DNA of 64,000 nucleotides from Candidatus Poribacteria bacterium (GTDB lineage: Bacteria > Poribacteria > WGA-4E > JAJDTR01). The notes beneath the pieces were generated by a model. It worked only from the letters and a program-made list of their open reading frames with translations, made no database searches and had not been told where the DNA came from. Within the stretch, counting starts at the first letter, position 1; every line of letters starts with the position of its first letter. The position numbers and the translations under genes are program-made. Where the stretch lies: NCBI GenBank assembly GCA_965232235.1, contig OZ246960.1:871058-935057 (forward strand). The letters run 5' to 3'. This document shows positions 41,198-50,800 of this stretch, one piece after another.

Positions 41198-41467
41198 ATG
41201 TCTTATAGCAATTACACGCCGCAAGAAATCGAATCAAGAGGTGAAGCCATATACGTCCGGCAGATTCGAGACAAGGTGAATCCCGATCACAAAGGCAAGT
41301 TCGTCGTCATCGACATTGAAACGGGTGAATACGAGGTAAATGAAGACGACTTGGCAGCTACAAAACAGTTGCTTACACATTGTCCCGATGCCGTGATTTA
41401 CGGTTTGCGGATTGGGTTTCCCACCGCTTATCGAATCGGTAGCGGATTTGCAGCGAAAACAGAATGA
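41198..41467 (+). CDS. hypothetical small protein (89 aa), translationally coupled to the protease gene
   Basis: ATGA overlap with the next ORF. Confidence 0.35.
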   Translation: MSYSNYTPQEIESRGEAIYVRQIRDKVNPDHKGKFVVIDIETGEYEVNEDDLAATKQLLTHCPDAVIYGLRIGFPTAYRIGSGFAAKTE

Positions 41468-41853
41468 TCACAGGACGTGTGTCAGCCAACCGCGAAGCCA
41501 TCATAGAATTGGAAATTGTTCCTTCAAATCGGAAAAACGAAACAGTTGAAGTGGCGATTGATACTGGTTTCGATGGTTACCTCACCTTACCGAGAAATAT
41601 CGTTAAACGCCTCAAACTTCAACCGGCGGGAAATCGACGTGCCACTCTTGGAGACGGGAATACGGTTGTGTTAGATGTGTATCTTGCGAAAGTATTGTGG
41701 CATAGGAAAGAACGGGAAATCCTTGTGTTGCAAGCAGAGGGTGGTCCGTTGGTCGGGATGTCGTTGCTTAATGGAAATCGTGTGACAATAATGGTTGTAA
41801 CCGGTGGTGCCGTAACGATAGCGCCCGTGGGGCAGATTAAGCGCGTTTTCTGA
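41464..41853 (+). CDS. retropepsin-like (clan AA) aspartic peptidase domain protein
   Basis: AIDTGFDGYLTLP DTG motif; about 130 aa. Confidence 0.55.
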   Translation: MITGRVSANREAIIELEIVPSNRKNETVEVAIDTGFDGYLTLPRNIVKRLKLQPAGNRRATLGDGNTVVLDVYLAKVLWHRKEREILVLQAEGGPLVGMSLLNGNRVTIMVVTGGAVTIAPVGQIKRVF

Positions 41854-42062
41854 TCCGTCATTACAGTTTCCATGCGTCCGGTAGATACATGGTAAGTATG
41901 ACGAAATCATCAAGTTTCTCTGTGCTCCTCCGAGATGGAAATCCTCCCATACACACCCGATATGGTGTTTACCTTAACTTGTAAGAGCGATCTCTAGGTC
42001 GCGACCTCGTGTTGCTAATGTAAGGCCTAAATCTGTCAATTAAAAACAAAGGAAATTATTAA

Positions 42063-42482
42063 ATGAATGGAAGAACAGTAGGATTGGCTTTCCTACTGGT
42101 TGGGTGCGCGCTTTGGGTCTGTGGTTGCGGCGCAAGTTTCGACGATTCCGCGGAGGAACTCGGATTGGTATTCGACAGTCCGGGGGACGGCGGCAGGCAC
42201 AGCCCATCGTTTCAGAATGATATTCTCCCTATACTGACGCAACGGTGCGCGCTCTCCGGTTGCCATGTTGCCGATGGACCGCACGGCATCGATCTCAGGA
42301 GCTATGAGGCGCTGCAGCAGGGAGGAGAGCACGGCGACATCATTATAGCGAGGAATGCTCGTGGGAGTGAACTCGTCGAAGAGATTGTTGAAGGCAAGAT
42401 GCCTCCAGAGGGCCCTCCTTTGGACGCAGCTCAGATTCAACTCATTATTGACTGGGTTAATGAAGGCGCCAAGAATAACTGA
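42063..42482 (+). CDS. small lipoprotein with a PSCyt1-like (planctomycete cytochrome c-type) domain
   Basis: Lipobox; ILTQRCALSGCHV ... GIDLRSYEAL..GG..G ... MPPEGPPL ... IDWVNEGA. Confidence 0.55.
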   Translation: MNGRTVGLAFLLVGCALWVCGCGASFDDSAEELGLVFDSPGDGGRHSPSFQNDILPILTQRCALSGCHVADGPHGIDLRSYEALQQGGEHGDIIIARNARGSELVEEIVEGKMPPEGPPLDAAQIQLIIDWVNEGAKNN

Positions 42483-42577
42483 ACCTAGGATTTGCGGCTA
42501 ACCTAGGACTACCGTGTAAGCAGGAAGCGACCAATTTCGTTTTCGAAACTTTCAGTGAAAAGGAAAGGATTATTGCT

Positions 42578-42978
42578 ATGAATGGAATAAAATTAGGAAT
42601 GGCGTTACTACTGACAGCGTTCACGTTTTGGGTTTGCGGCTGCGGCACGAGCGATGATGGCACGGGCGGGGTAGTCGGTGGTGAGACGGGCAGCGTAGTC
42701 TCTTTTCAAAACGATGTCTTGCCTATACTCACGCAGCGGTGTGCGCTGTCAGGGTGTCATGTCGCCGGGGGGGACCGCGCGGGATTGATCTCCGAAGCTA
42801 TGAGTCAGTTTTGGAGGGCGGGCAACGCGGCGCCATCGTCGTTGCGGGGGATGCGGCTGGAAGCGAAATCGTCAACCAGATCGCCACGGGGAATATGCCG
42901 CCCGGCGGACCGCCTCTGGAAGACGCTCAGGTTCAACTCATAACGGATTGGATCAACGACGGCGCCGAAAACAATTAA
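42578..42978 (+). pseudogene. PSCyt1-like lipoprotein paralog, frameshifted near 42770
   Basis: Homology continues in the +1 frame (42739..42978: GIDLRSYESVLEGG..MPPGGPPL..DWINDGA). Confidence 0.5.
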
Positions 42979-43317
42979 AAGCAGCGATCTGTTGCCAGTG
43001 GCTAGTGACCAGTGAGTATTAACTTCAAGAAATGCTCAATATTTCTCACACGTCATCGGGTGCCGCGAATTCCTGTTGCGCGTGGCTCTTGAACAAACAC
43101 CACTCGTCTCAATTGGATGATTGTCTTGGTTCCACCCAAACGTATTCCCCGGCAGGATGCTTTGGTTGGAGAACGGGCGAGGAGTCGCGACCTGGACGGG
43201 ATATCTATCAAGACTTACTATCGCCCTCCTTTTTCAGTCCGTCGATCAGTCATTATTCATTCCTTTGATCTCCTACAGATATCCCTCCGCCCCGCATTGA
43301 AATATTCTGAATCTCTT

Positions 43318-43923
43318 GTAGGGTGGGCATTGCCCACCATCTCCCTCTTGGTGCAAACCCCCAGTCCTAGCGCAACCACAGCCCAATTTCCGAGGCGACG
43401 ACCATTTTTCCGGCTTTGAACAATCAAGCTACGTGCACGCGTGTTCTCGGAACGGGCGGGGAAACCCCGCCCCTACATTGTTTTCCTCGAACTGCCCACC
43501 CGGTTGAATTATCTTACGTTATAGACGGAAAAAGGCTGGTGCGCGGTGCGCACCCTACGATGCTATCGCGACCAGGAGGTCGCTCCTACCAAATCCTACA
43601 ATCACAACAATTTTACGTGAGTAGGGTGGGCATTGCCCACCATCTCCCTCTTGGTGCAAACCCCCAGTCCTAGCGCAACCACAGCCCAATATCCGTGGCG
43701 ACGGCATTTTTCCGGATTTGATAAATCGAGCAACGTACCTGCGTGTTTTCGGAACGGGCGGGGAAACCCCGCCCCTACATTGTTTTCCTCGAACTGCCCA
43801 CCCGGTTGAATTATCTCACGTTATAGACGGAAAAAGGCTGGTGCGCGGTGCGCACCCTACGACACTATCGCGACCGGGAGGTCGCTCCTACCAAATCCTA
43901 CAATCACAACAATGTTACGTTAG
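43318..43923 (+). repeat. 303-bp tandem duplication (2 copies) made of four REP-like hairpins
   Basis: Copies start at 43318 and 43621; each contains gtagggtgggcattgcccacc, ggcggggaaaccccgcccctaca, ggctggtgcgcggtgcgcaccctac, atcgcgaccgggaggtcgctcctac. Confidence 0.8.
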
Positions 43924-45210
43924 TTAAGCGGCTGCGCGAATGTTCGCTCTCGTACCGCCGATGTCGAAACAGTCGAACTGATTATCCCGCATAATGCGTT
44001 CGGCGATAGCCATGGCTCGCTTTTCGGTCATATAACCGTCCGCTATCTCCGATTCGAGCGCGCGGGTGATTTCAGACCGCGCTTGGATGGCGTACGCCAT
44101 GGCGCTGGTGGGCCAGTGGGTGTCGCCGCCGAATGCAAAAATCTTGTTAATCGGCACCGCATGGATAAAGCGGCGTAAAAAGTCGCGGGAACTGTAGGGG
44201 TCGATGCTCCACGCCCAACACATGTCCACCCAGATGTTTCGATAGTGCTTCGCTAGTGCGACCAGCTCATCGTTGTACGGGTAGGCGATGTGCATCAGGA
44301 CGAATTTTGCGTCCGGGTAACGGGCGAAGAGTTCGCACATGTTCCCTGCCGCAATCCGGCTCACGGGCATGCGGTCGTTTCCGGCGTAGTAGCCGGTATG
44401 GATTTTGAACGGCAGGTTGTGTTCGATTGTCAGTTCGACGCCGCGCGCCCAGCACCAATCACCGAGGCAGAGTTGGGATTGGAGGTGCATCTCCTCTCCG
44501 CGCAACGCGGCTGCGAGGGCGGTGGACGCTTCCGCGTCGCTGCGCTCCGTCCAATCGAGGGTTCGGCTGTATGCGTGCTGAGCTTTTACGGCAATGGCAT
44601 TGGGAGCGTGTTTTGAAAAGATGGCTTCCATGCCGCGTTTGAGCGAGCCGAGATCGGTCACCACGACGCCGGTTTCCGCCTCGATTTTCTCGGGATCAAT
44701 TTCGCCGTTGCAGAACGTCCGCCACGAAAGGTCGTAGAGAAAGAAGTCCAGCCCCGATTTATCCGGCGCGCACTCCCACTGCCCGTCATCGGTCTGCGTG
44801 TGGTCAAGGTTGGCTACGTCGTGCAGCAGCCGGTAGCGTTCGCCCGGTTCTCGAAGGACGCGGTTCTTGTGCTGCGCCATTTCGATGGATTTTCCGGACA
44901 GTTCGTCGATGTCGTAGGCGTGATTTGCGATGAGTCGGACCGCTTCGCCGTATCCGGTAAACTGCGTCGCCTCCCATGCCCTCCGGACACCTTCAAATCG
45001 TCCGGCGATATCCGGGTCGTTTCCATCCTTGAGGCGGGACATCGCCTGCGGCGACGCACCGGCGGTGATGAGGTCCGCGACGACGTAATTCCCGAACAGG
45101 TCTTGCAGTATATCGGGACCGTTGTCCACCCATGCGGGTTCTCGATCTAGGTGTTCGTGCGTATCGACCATTGGAGTTTCTTGAATGTGTTGCGCCAAAT
45201 CGGTCGGCAT
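43924..45210 (-). CDS. amidohydrolase-superfamily metal-dependent hydrolase (TIM barrel)
   Basis: N-terminal VDTHEHL metal-binding His pair; 428 aa. Confidence 0.45.
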   Translation of the reverse strand: MPTDLAQHIQETPMVDTHEHLDREPAWVDNGPDILQDLFGNYVVADLITAGASPQAMSRLKDGNDPDIAGRFEGVRRAWEATQFTGYGEAVRLIANHAYDIDELSGKSIEMAQHKNRVLREPGERYRLLHDVANLDHTQTDDGQWECAPDKSGLDFFLYDLSWRTFCNGEIDPEKIEAETGVVVTDLGSLKRGMEAIFSKHAPNAIAVKAQHAYSRTLDWTERSDAEASTALAAALRGEEMHLQSQLCLGDWCWARGVELTIEHNLPFKIHTGYYAGNDRMPVSRIAAGNMCELFARYPDAKFVLMHIAYPYNDELVALAKHYRNIWVDMCWAWSIDPYSSRDFLRRFIHAVPINKIFAFGGDTHWPTSAMAYAIQARSEITRALESEIADGYMTEKRAMAIAERIMRDNQFDCFDIGGTRANIRAAA

Positions 45211-45612
45211 GTTTTAGTCTCCTATCCTTTTAGCTGCGATTGGGGCTTGAGTATCATCTCCTACGCTATTTTTTGACTATCACCGCCGGTCTCATTTCGC
45301 TGATGTGTCCCCGCCCACGATAGGCGCGTAGATGGTGGTTTTGTCCATAGTCATGACTGCCTTGAATGTCATTATAGCACGGGCGCAAAGGGATTGAAAC
45401 GGAAAAGGTGGTGCCCTCCGAGGGCGCATCCAATTGTAGGTGGTTGCATGCGGGATGGCGCAGGGCGGTTCAACAGTAGTAGACTTTAGAGTCGTGTCGT
45501 GATAGGCTGTCGTGTCGCGAGCGTCAAGGCGGGATTGGCTTCACAACTATTGAACCGAAGGGCTGAAATAGACGGAAGAGGGCAAAGCATTTATCCGGCA
45601 GGGGAGGGAGCA

Positions 45613-46728
45613 ATGACACTTCTGAGAGTTGTTTTGATAGTGGTTCTGGCGGCAGCCTCGAATCCGGTAGTTGCCGACCTAAAGATTCGTTTTTGGTCAG
45701 ACCGCGATGACGGCGAAAGTTCACTCTTCGTCATGAATCCTGACGGATCCGACCCGGTTAATGTAAAAGAGGAGATGGTTCTACCCACAGCGCCAGCCTG
45801 GTCGCCCGACAGAACGAAGATTGCCTTCACGTTTGGCCGCTATGAGAAATCCGATATTTATGTGATTGATATTGACGGTTCCAATCTTGTGAATCTTAGC
45901 AATAAAGGCGGCGGCGACTACAGCCCACGTTGGTCTCCGGATGGAACGAAGGTGCTCTGGTATGGATGGCCGCCGAGGAAGGGTGAAGGAGGCGCAAGAA
46001 TCTTCGTGAATGATGCGGACAGCTCAAATCTGCGTGACTTGGGCCCGGGTATCTGGCCCAAATGGTCACAAGATGGGACGATGATTGGCTTTACTCTCTA
46101 CGGGATCGTAGAAACTGCATTTATAGTAAACGCCAATGGTTCAGGCAGGCGCGCGGTGACCGAGCGGATTATAGACACTCAATTTCTTTCTTGGTCGCCC
46201 GATGAAACGAAGATTGGTCTTGCCAAACATATTCAGCATAACTCACACAAGGATCTTACGCAGTGGTGCGTCTATGTAATAGACATTGATGGTTCCAATT
46301 TAGTGCATCTTTCAAAAGATCTCCGAAACCTCGACGCCCATGGCGCTGCTTGGTCGCGGGATGGGAGGAAGATTGCTTTTTACACAAACGGCCTTGCCGT
46401 CGATGTTGGCGATATTTTCGTCGCGAATGCTGATGGCACGAACCGGATTAATCTCACTGAACACCATCCTCGCGGAAAAGACCGCAGCCCGCAATGGTCT
46501 AGAGATGGAAGGGAGATCCTGTTTGAAACCGACCGAGACGGCAACCGTGAGGTCTACATTATGAACGCGGACGGCACGAATCCGGTAAATCTCACGAATC
46601 ACCCCGCGGACGACGGGGCGGCGTCTTGGTTCACGTTCGACACCGACCTTCTTACAAGAGTCCCCTTGCCGTGGGAAACGCTGATTACGACGTGGGGACA
46701 GATAAAGGCAGTTGCCAGTGACCGGTGA
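45613..46728 (+). CDS. secreted PD40/TolB-like beta-propeller repeat protein, paralog 1
   Basis: Signal peptide from the internal Met; repeated WSPDGTKIAF/WSRDGRKIAF/WSQDGTMIGF units; tail LITTWGQIKAVASDR. Confidence 0.65.
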   Translation: MTLLRVVLIVVLAAASNPVVADLKIRFWSDRDDGESSLFVMNPDGSDPVNVKEEMVLPTAPAWSPDRTKIAFTFGRYEKSDIYVIDIDGSNLVNLSNKGGGDYSPRWSPDGTKVLWYGWPPRKGEGGARIFVNDADSSNLRDLGPGIWPKWSQDGTMIGFTLYGIVETAFIVNANGSGRRAVTERIIDTQFLSWSPDETKIGLAKHIQHNSHKDLTQWCVYVIDIDGSNLVHLSKDLRNLDAHGAAWSRDGRKIAFYTNGLAVDVGDIFVANADGTNRINLTEHHPRGKDRSPQWSRDGREILFETDRDGNREVYIMNADGTNPVNLTNHPADDGAASWFTFDTDLLTRVPLPWETLITTWGQIKAVASDR

Positions 46729-47005
46729 CCAGTGGTGAGTGAGGAAGTGCGGTAAAGCAGAAGACGAGAGAACGAGAAAACGGGAGGGGGCGGTGGAGTG
46801 GGGATGTGCGATGCAGGGAAACGCTATCATGGGACGGCACGGGGGCCGTCCCCTACAGATGGGGTGTTTGCGTTTCTAGAGGCCAGCTCGTACAATTGTG
46901 CATTACGGGGGACGGGGCGGAATTCCATATTCACTACTTACGCCAAAAAACGTTATGTGAATCCAAAAAGATACGGTATTCTCTGATGGAAAGGAAACGG
47001 GCGCA

Positions 47006-48118
47006 ATGAAATATCTGATGGTTGTATTGACATTAGTCTTGCTAGTTGCCTCAACGAGTTACCCAGTATTCGCCGATCTAAAGATTTTCTTTGAGTCCGG
47101 CAGAGATAACGAAACTTGGTCCTGGTTCTCGCTCTTTATGATGGATCCTGATGGCTCCAACCCTGTCAATCTTTCCAAGGCACTCGGCGTAAAATTAGGC
47201 GCCGTCTGGTCACCTGATGGGACAAAAGTTCTTTATTCGTCAGGCCCCGATTTTGAACGCGAGATACTTATGATGGATCTGGACAGTTCTAATGTTTTAA
47301 ATCTTACGAATGACCCCGGATCAGACAGTTTTCCGCGCTGGTCGCCTGATGGAACGCTGATTGCTTGGAATAGATGGCCGCCGCGCGGACTTGGCGGAGC
47401 AGTGGAGATCTTCACGATGAATGCCGACGGCTCCAATCCGCGCAACTTGGGGCGCGGTTTTCGTCCCAAGTGGTCTCCCGATGGGACAATGATAGGGTTT
47501 ATTCTCTCTGGCAGACCGGATAATGCTTTCGTAATGAATGCCGATGGCAGCGGTCGGCGGCGGGTGACCAATGACCTTCCGAACACTAAGTTTGTTTCGT
47601 GGTCGCGCGACGGAACAAAGATCGCCTTTTATCATCGACCTTTGATTGGATTTAATAAGAATAAGATCTACGTCGTAAACCTTGACGGAACCGGTTTGGT
47701 CGAACTCACCAAAGACCTAGCTGATATTGACCATTTCGGCGCCGCTTGGTCGCCGGACGGAACGAAGATAGCTTTTTATTCCTCGGAACTAGGCTTGAAT
47801 TGGTCCCACATCTACGTCGTGAATACCGATGGCACGAATCGGGTTAATCTTACCATACACCATCCACTTGGCATCAACAGGGTGCCCCAGTGGTCTCCGG
47901 ACGGAAGGGAAATTCTGTTTCAAACCAAACGCGATGGCAACTGGGAGATTTACCTCATGAACGCGGACGGTTCCGATCCGGTAAATCTCACGAATAACCC
48001 GTTCAACGATGAGCATCCCGCCTGGTTCAGATTCGATCTCCCGACAACATCGATCTCGCCGCAGGAAAAACTAATCACTTCTTGGGGACAGATAAAGGCA
48101 GTGGCCAGTGATCGGTGA
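47006..48118 (+). CDS. secreted PD40/TolB-like beta-propeller repeat protein, paralog 2
   Basis: Signal peptide; WSPDGTK repeats; tail LITSWGQIKAVASDR. Confidence 0.65.
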   Translation: MKYLMVVLTLVLLVASTSYPVFADLKIFFESGRDNETWSWFSLFMMDPDGSNPVNLSKALGVKLGAVWSPDGTKVLYSSGPDFEREILMMDLDSSNVLNLTNDPGSDSFPRWSPDGTLIAWNRWPPRGLGGAVEIFTMNADGSNPRNLGRGFRPKWSPDGTMIGFILSGRPDNAFVMNADGSGRRRVTNDLPNTKFVSWSRDGTKIAFYHRPLIGFNKNKIYVVNLDGTGLVELTKDLADIDHFGAAWSPDGTKIAFYSSELGLNWSHIYVVNTDGTNRVNLTIHHPLGINRVPQWSPDGREILFQTKRDGNWEIYLMNADGSDPVNLTNNPFNDEHPAWFRFDLPTTSISPQEKLITSWGQIKAVASDR

Positions 48119-48289
48119 ACAATGGCTAGTGGCTGGAGGAGGGTGGGGAAGGATGGAAAGATTGGAAGGATTCGGTCAAGCGAACTCTGAGTATACGTTT
48201 GGGACGACATGGGTCCGACTAGGATTTCAATCGATCAAGTGAGTAAATAGCGAACGATCAACTGACTGGACTAGGAAGGCGACAGAAAG

Positions 48290-48410
48290 TCTTGTTAGTC
48301 CATCCTATTCCTTAATCGGTTGCTTGATCTATTCACTCGGTTGCGGGATTTCTATCGCATAAGATGTACTATCGCCCTCGCTATTCACTCGGTTGATCCT
48401 CTCCAATGCT
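48290..48410 (+). repeat. R1-family repeat cluster
   Basis: Seen directly. Confidence 0.5.
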
Positions 48411-49961
48411 CGAACTCGTCGCTAGTAGCGCCTTCCGAAGTACCTCGTTATCAAACGCCTCAAGCAACGCGCTGCCATAAATTTGCACGTAGGCATCGAT
48501 TGCCATCTTTTCGGCAGCGTCGATAGGCTCATCCAACCGCGCCGCGGTCAATTCCCCGCTTTCGAGAATCTCGGAAATGGTTTTCGAGAAACTTCTAATC
48601 TCTTCGTCACTCGCCGCGCCGATCCCTTCCAACGCTCTCGCGGCTTGCGTCAAGTCTGTTAGCGTTTGCGTGCCAGCAAGTTCCGGGTGTTCCGCATAAT
48701 CTTGAAGTTGCTGCTCCAGTTCATCCGCCCCGTGAAACGCTTCAATTTCGATATCCAGTTCCTCCAACCGCTCGAGCGATTCCTTCATAAGATGCCCCGC
48801 CGTCACTAACGACTGCCTATTGGAAATGCGTGAACTTTCATCGACCTCCTCAGCACCTTGTACCGCGATAAGCAGCAGTTCGGCAACCCGCTGCTTATCC
48901 CCTCGGTCAGCCGCCTCGCCAATCGCGAAACGCAGCCCCGTCTTCACATCATCCGGCACTGTCGTTGTCCCTGTCTCAAATAATTCCCGAAACTCCTCAA
49001 ACGCTTCCGATTCTCCTCCCGCCTCAATCGATTCTCGGAATTTATCGAACCTATCGGAGCCCGACGGCAGTTTGGCGACCCCTTCCGCGATTTGCTTGAG
49101 CGTATCCGTAGCTGTCTCGTTCCTTCCGTCGGCTGAACCAAACATCTCCTCACCCAAAGCGGTTATCCGATCAGTCTCCGTTGATGTCAGGTCAACGCCC
49201 TCAAAGATTGACGGATCGGCGCCGCCCTCCTCCTTGCTGCTGCCGACATCTCCAGTCATTCTCACTCTTTTCTGGTGGATCATCTTCACTCCCGCCTCGT
49301 CTCCGATAACTCCGGATGTCACCGCCTCCTCCACATCACTCGCAAACTCCAAGAACGTGTCGATCTCAATCCGTTCAGCGCCTGGCGCCGAATCCTCGGG
49401 CAATCCATCTATCTCTCGCAGGCCCGACTCATAACGTCCGTTATTTTCCGTCGGCGTGTCCCCGAGCAACCCTCCATCATACAGGTTCGTCCACTGATCC
49501 GCCTTCCGCTTCCGTTCCGCCTCGTCCACTTCCGTTTTTGTCTCCGGCGGCGTCTCCAACTCAATCCCGATCCGCTTCAGAATCGCCTTTTCAAACCTGT
49601 CCGCTTTTTCCGTATTTCCCGTCTTTTCCGCTCTATCCAGCAGATTCCCGAGAACCTCCAGATCCGCCTTCTTCGTTTCGTTTTCCTGCTTTAGCTCGTG
49701 TTCGGACGTTTCCCGCTCTTGCTCCGCCGCTTCTTCCGTCCACTGATCCTGAATCTCCTGTAGCTGCACCCGCTTGTCGTCAAGCAACTGCTGCGCCAAC
49801 CGCTTCTCACGCTCCGTCTCCGCCTGATGCACCATCACCTTCGCCTCAAGGTAGGCGCGAATCCCGGCGGCTAAGCGCCGTGCGGTGTCTGCCCCGATTT
49901 GCGTGCCAACGGGCGGTTGGTACGATGTGGTTTGTCCATCGATTCTCTGAATGTTTGGCAT
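48381..49961 (-). CDS. acidic coiled-coil protein (526 aa), possibly phage scaffold-like
   Basis: Glu/Asp-rich, low complexity; the N-terminal ~20 codons overlap an R1 repeat. Confidence 0.35.
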   Translation of the reverse strand: MPNIQRIDGQTTSYQPPVGTQIGADTARRLAAGIRAYLEAKVMVHQAETEREKRLAQQLLDDKRVQLQEIQDQWTEEAAEQERETSEHELKQENETKKADLEVLGNLLDRAEKTGNTEKADRFEKAILKRIGIELETPPETKTEVDEAERKRKADQWTNLYDGGLLGDTPTENNGRYESGLREIDGLPEDSAPGAERIEIDTFLEFASDVEEAVTSGVIGDEAGVKMIHQKRVRMTGDVGSSKEEGGADPSIFEGVDLTSTETDRITALGEEMFGSADGRNETATDTLKQIAEGVAKLPSGSDRFDKFRESIEAGGESEAFEEFRELFETGTTTVPDDVKTGLRFAIGEAADRGDKQRVAELLLIAVQGAEEVDESSRISNRQSLVTAGHLMKESLERLEELDIEIEAFHGADELEQQLQDYAEHPELAGTQTLTDLTQAARALEGIGAASDEEIRSFSKTISEILESGELTAARLDEPIDAAEKMAIDAYVQIYGSALLEAFDNEVLRKALLATSSSIGEDQPSE

Positions 49962-50108
49962 GAATTACCTCCGTAATGCGTAATAGGGCCTCTATCGCAC
50001 GGGACTTAACTATCGATCAACGGAACGGATAGTGACTGCGATAGGAAGTCCTACTCGTTATTCGCTCGTGTGATCGTTAGCAGCCAATTTGCTTAGCATA
50101 GTCTGTTC

Positions 50109-50137
50109 TTGACTCTAATCTCACAATCTGCTATAAT
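50109..50137 (+). promoter_or_regulatory. near-consensus sigma-70 promoter TTGACT-N17-TATAAT
   Basis: TTGACT at 50109..50114, 17-nt spacer, TATAAT at 50132..50137; AAGGAAA ribosome-binding site then ATG at 50196. Confidence 0.6.
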
Positions 50138-50195
50138 GCCATCGTCGCTAGCGAAACGCGACAATGCGAATCCTCCTCTTGCAAAGGAAAACGCT

Positions 50196-50651
50196 ATGAA
50201 CCTCAGCGACACAGCCCAAATCGCAGGTCTAGTCATTTTATACCTAGGTGGCATATTCCTAATCGGCAACTACATGGCAACCACACTCGGTAAACGCATG
50301 GATGATCTGGGCAAACGCATGGACGACATGCGATCCGACATCAACGCCCGTATGGGCGATATGAACACCCGTATGGACGAGATGCGAACCGACTTGCTTA
50401 TGCGCATGGGCGACATGCAATCCAACATCAACGCCCGCATGGGTGACGTTAACAATCGCATAGACGATATGAACACCCGCATGGATGAGATGCGAACCGA
50501 CTTGCTTTCGCGCCTGGGCGACATGCAATCCAACACCAACGCCCGCATGGGCGATATGAACACCCGATTTGACGATATGAACACGCACATGGATGAGATG
50601 CGATCCGACCTGCTTACGCGCATGGACGACATGCGATTCCAACTCAGCTGA
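50196..50651 (+). CDS. membrane-anchored Met-rich tandem-repeat protein (151 aa)
   Basis: Start moved to the Met downstream of the promoter; N-terminal TM helix, then about 11 repeats of RM[DG]DMxxxINA / RMDEMRTDLL. Confidence 0.55.
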   Translation: MNLSDTAQIAGLVILYLGGIFLIGNYMATTLGKRMDDLGKRMDDMRSDINARMGDMNTRMDEMRTDLLMRMGDMQSNINARMGDVNNRIDDMNTRMDEMRTDLLSRLGDMQSNTNARMGDMNTRFDDMNTHMDEMRSDLLTRMDDMRFQLS

Positions 50652-50800
50652 GAACACGATACCCTGGCGACAAAAGTCGACACCATCGATCAAAAGCTAA
50701 CCCACCACATCGGCGATCACGAAATTCATGAAAAATGGCAAACATGATTTCCTGATAAATACACAAGGCCACCGTCTCTCCTCTCCGTGCTCTTCATGTT

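Noticed and set aside
45440-47005. Sigma-54 promoter upstream of the PD40 genes
   Set aside because: No TGGCAC-N5-TTGC with correct GG/GC spacing was found by eye in either upstream region, so none is called.
50109-50195. ORF-track start of the Met-rich protein at 50109
   Set aside because: The region contains the TTGACT-17-TATAAT promoter itself, so translation most likely starts at the Met with the ribosome-binding site at 50196.
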